Origin: Chrysomallon squamiferum | Taxonomy: Eukaryota; Animalia; Mollusca | Reading direction: 5' to 3' | NCBI GenBank assembly: GCA_012295275.1 | Contig: CM022676.1 | Coordinates: 13,020,001 to 13,084,000 of the forward strand | DNA: 64,000 nt | The notes under the pieces: generated by a model | What the model saw: the letters and a program-made list of their open reading frames with translations, nothing else | Told to the model about the DNA's origin: nothing | Database searches by the model: none | Position numbers and translations under genes: made by a program | Shown here: piece by piece, positions 62,984 through 64,000 of the stretch | Numbering within the stretch: position 1 is the first letter of the stretch | How the letters are laid out: each line of letters starts with the position of its first letter

Positions 62984-63463
62984 GTAAGTTTTATTGTTAT
63001 TATTTAATTCATACATTAAAACACACATATTAGATATTAGCGATATAAACCATGTACTGACAACCTATTCAATCTGTGACCCGGTTACAGCTAGTTTCGT
63101 GTTGAATTTTAACTTGAAGTTTTATCACTGCGTGTTACATAAACTGTACGACGTATGTATCACAAATGGATTATTAGCAACAGATATTTTATATTTATAC
63201 ACATTCTGATTCTTTTGCATGAAACAGTTCACTGTCTGAGTGATTAATAAATAAATAAACAAATAACGCAATAATATATTCTACTGAAAAGAGACCAAGT
63301 TAAAACAACGTTATTACAATCTAGTAAAAGACAGTGCTCTACAGTTGTAATGAAATGAACCGTGAAAAGCTGTGAGATGGTGTCACTGACAGACACTGCT
63401 GAACTTAACAAGCTACAGGAGAAACACGGGTTAAGAAAGTTAAAGTTAACTCTGTGTTAAAGT

Positions 63464-63656
63464 CCATATCCTCTCGGATCTCCTTGGCAACCAGTATTTT
63501 AGGAGCGAAGTATTTGCAAAAAACTTTCAGAGATGACTGAAGGAACACTTGGAAACATTGTTAATGAAGAATCACAGCAATGATCTTTGAATTTTCGCTT
63601 TTAAAAGAAGATACAATTTGACGGTTACGGAATGGACTGTGGCTGAGAGGATATGG
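63464..63656. mobile_element. Small MITE-like insert
   Basis: 12-bp perfect inverted ends ccatatcctctc / gagaggatatgg; no clear TSD. Confidence 0.45.
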
Positions 63657-64000
63657 CAGTGAAGACTAATATTCTATTGGAATATATCGATAAAACATAA
63701 TTGTAGAGTTAACCTTTCACTTCAGTATAATTTAAAATGTAAATTGCAAAACGTTTCAACTACAGAAACAGATGGACGATGAAATAAAAAAATATATATA
63801 CATACATACAATAAACTAAACTAAACTAAACTAAATAAATATAAAAGAAATGAACACAAATATAAGAAAACGTATACTGTTTTGTTATTTTTACACCCAC
63901 CATAACACATTAATACTTGTTATATTCTTAATTCTTTAGATTAGCCTTGTAATTGTCGGCGTTTTCATTAAGAAACTAAACGAATCGAAGAAATTTCTAA

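Overview
AT-rich, microsatellite-rich, intron-containing animal DNA, probably an invertebrate such as a mollusc (inference), with a 200-N scaffold gap at 11249-11448. Manual splicing gives a cluster of single-pass immune-type receptors. (1) A minus-strand C-type-lectin receptor (4984-10862) in which a WSC domain is nested inside the first lectin domain; it has a tyrosine-rich tail. (2) Two tandem paralogous Ig-superfamily genes, A (11470-20556) and B (~52661-61521), with architecture [V]-Ig x4-FN3-TM(Glu)-tail. The tails carry a canonically spaced ITAM core (YECL-x7-YEKL) and a terminal YEN; A additionally has an ITIM (VTYQDV) and an ITSM-like site (TQYECL). (3) A V+C2 receptor, gene C (40914-47828), and an inverted TM-less pseudogene of its family (~28 kb). 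(4) At least 7 copies of a promoter+signal-peptide-exon cassette, two of them as tandem doublets; the last doublet apparently starts another gene beyond the window. Between these are decayed pogo, Tigger, MULE, Tc1, Tx1/L1 and Sola2-like elements, a solo LTR, MITEs and minisatellites. All gene models were read by eye, and several frameshifts lie in homopolymers and may be assembly errors.
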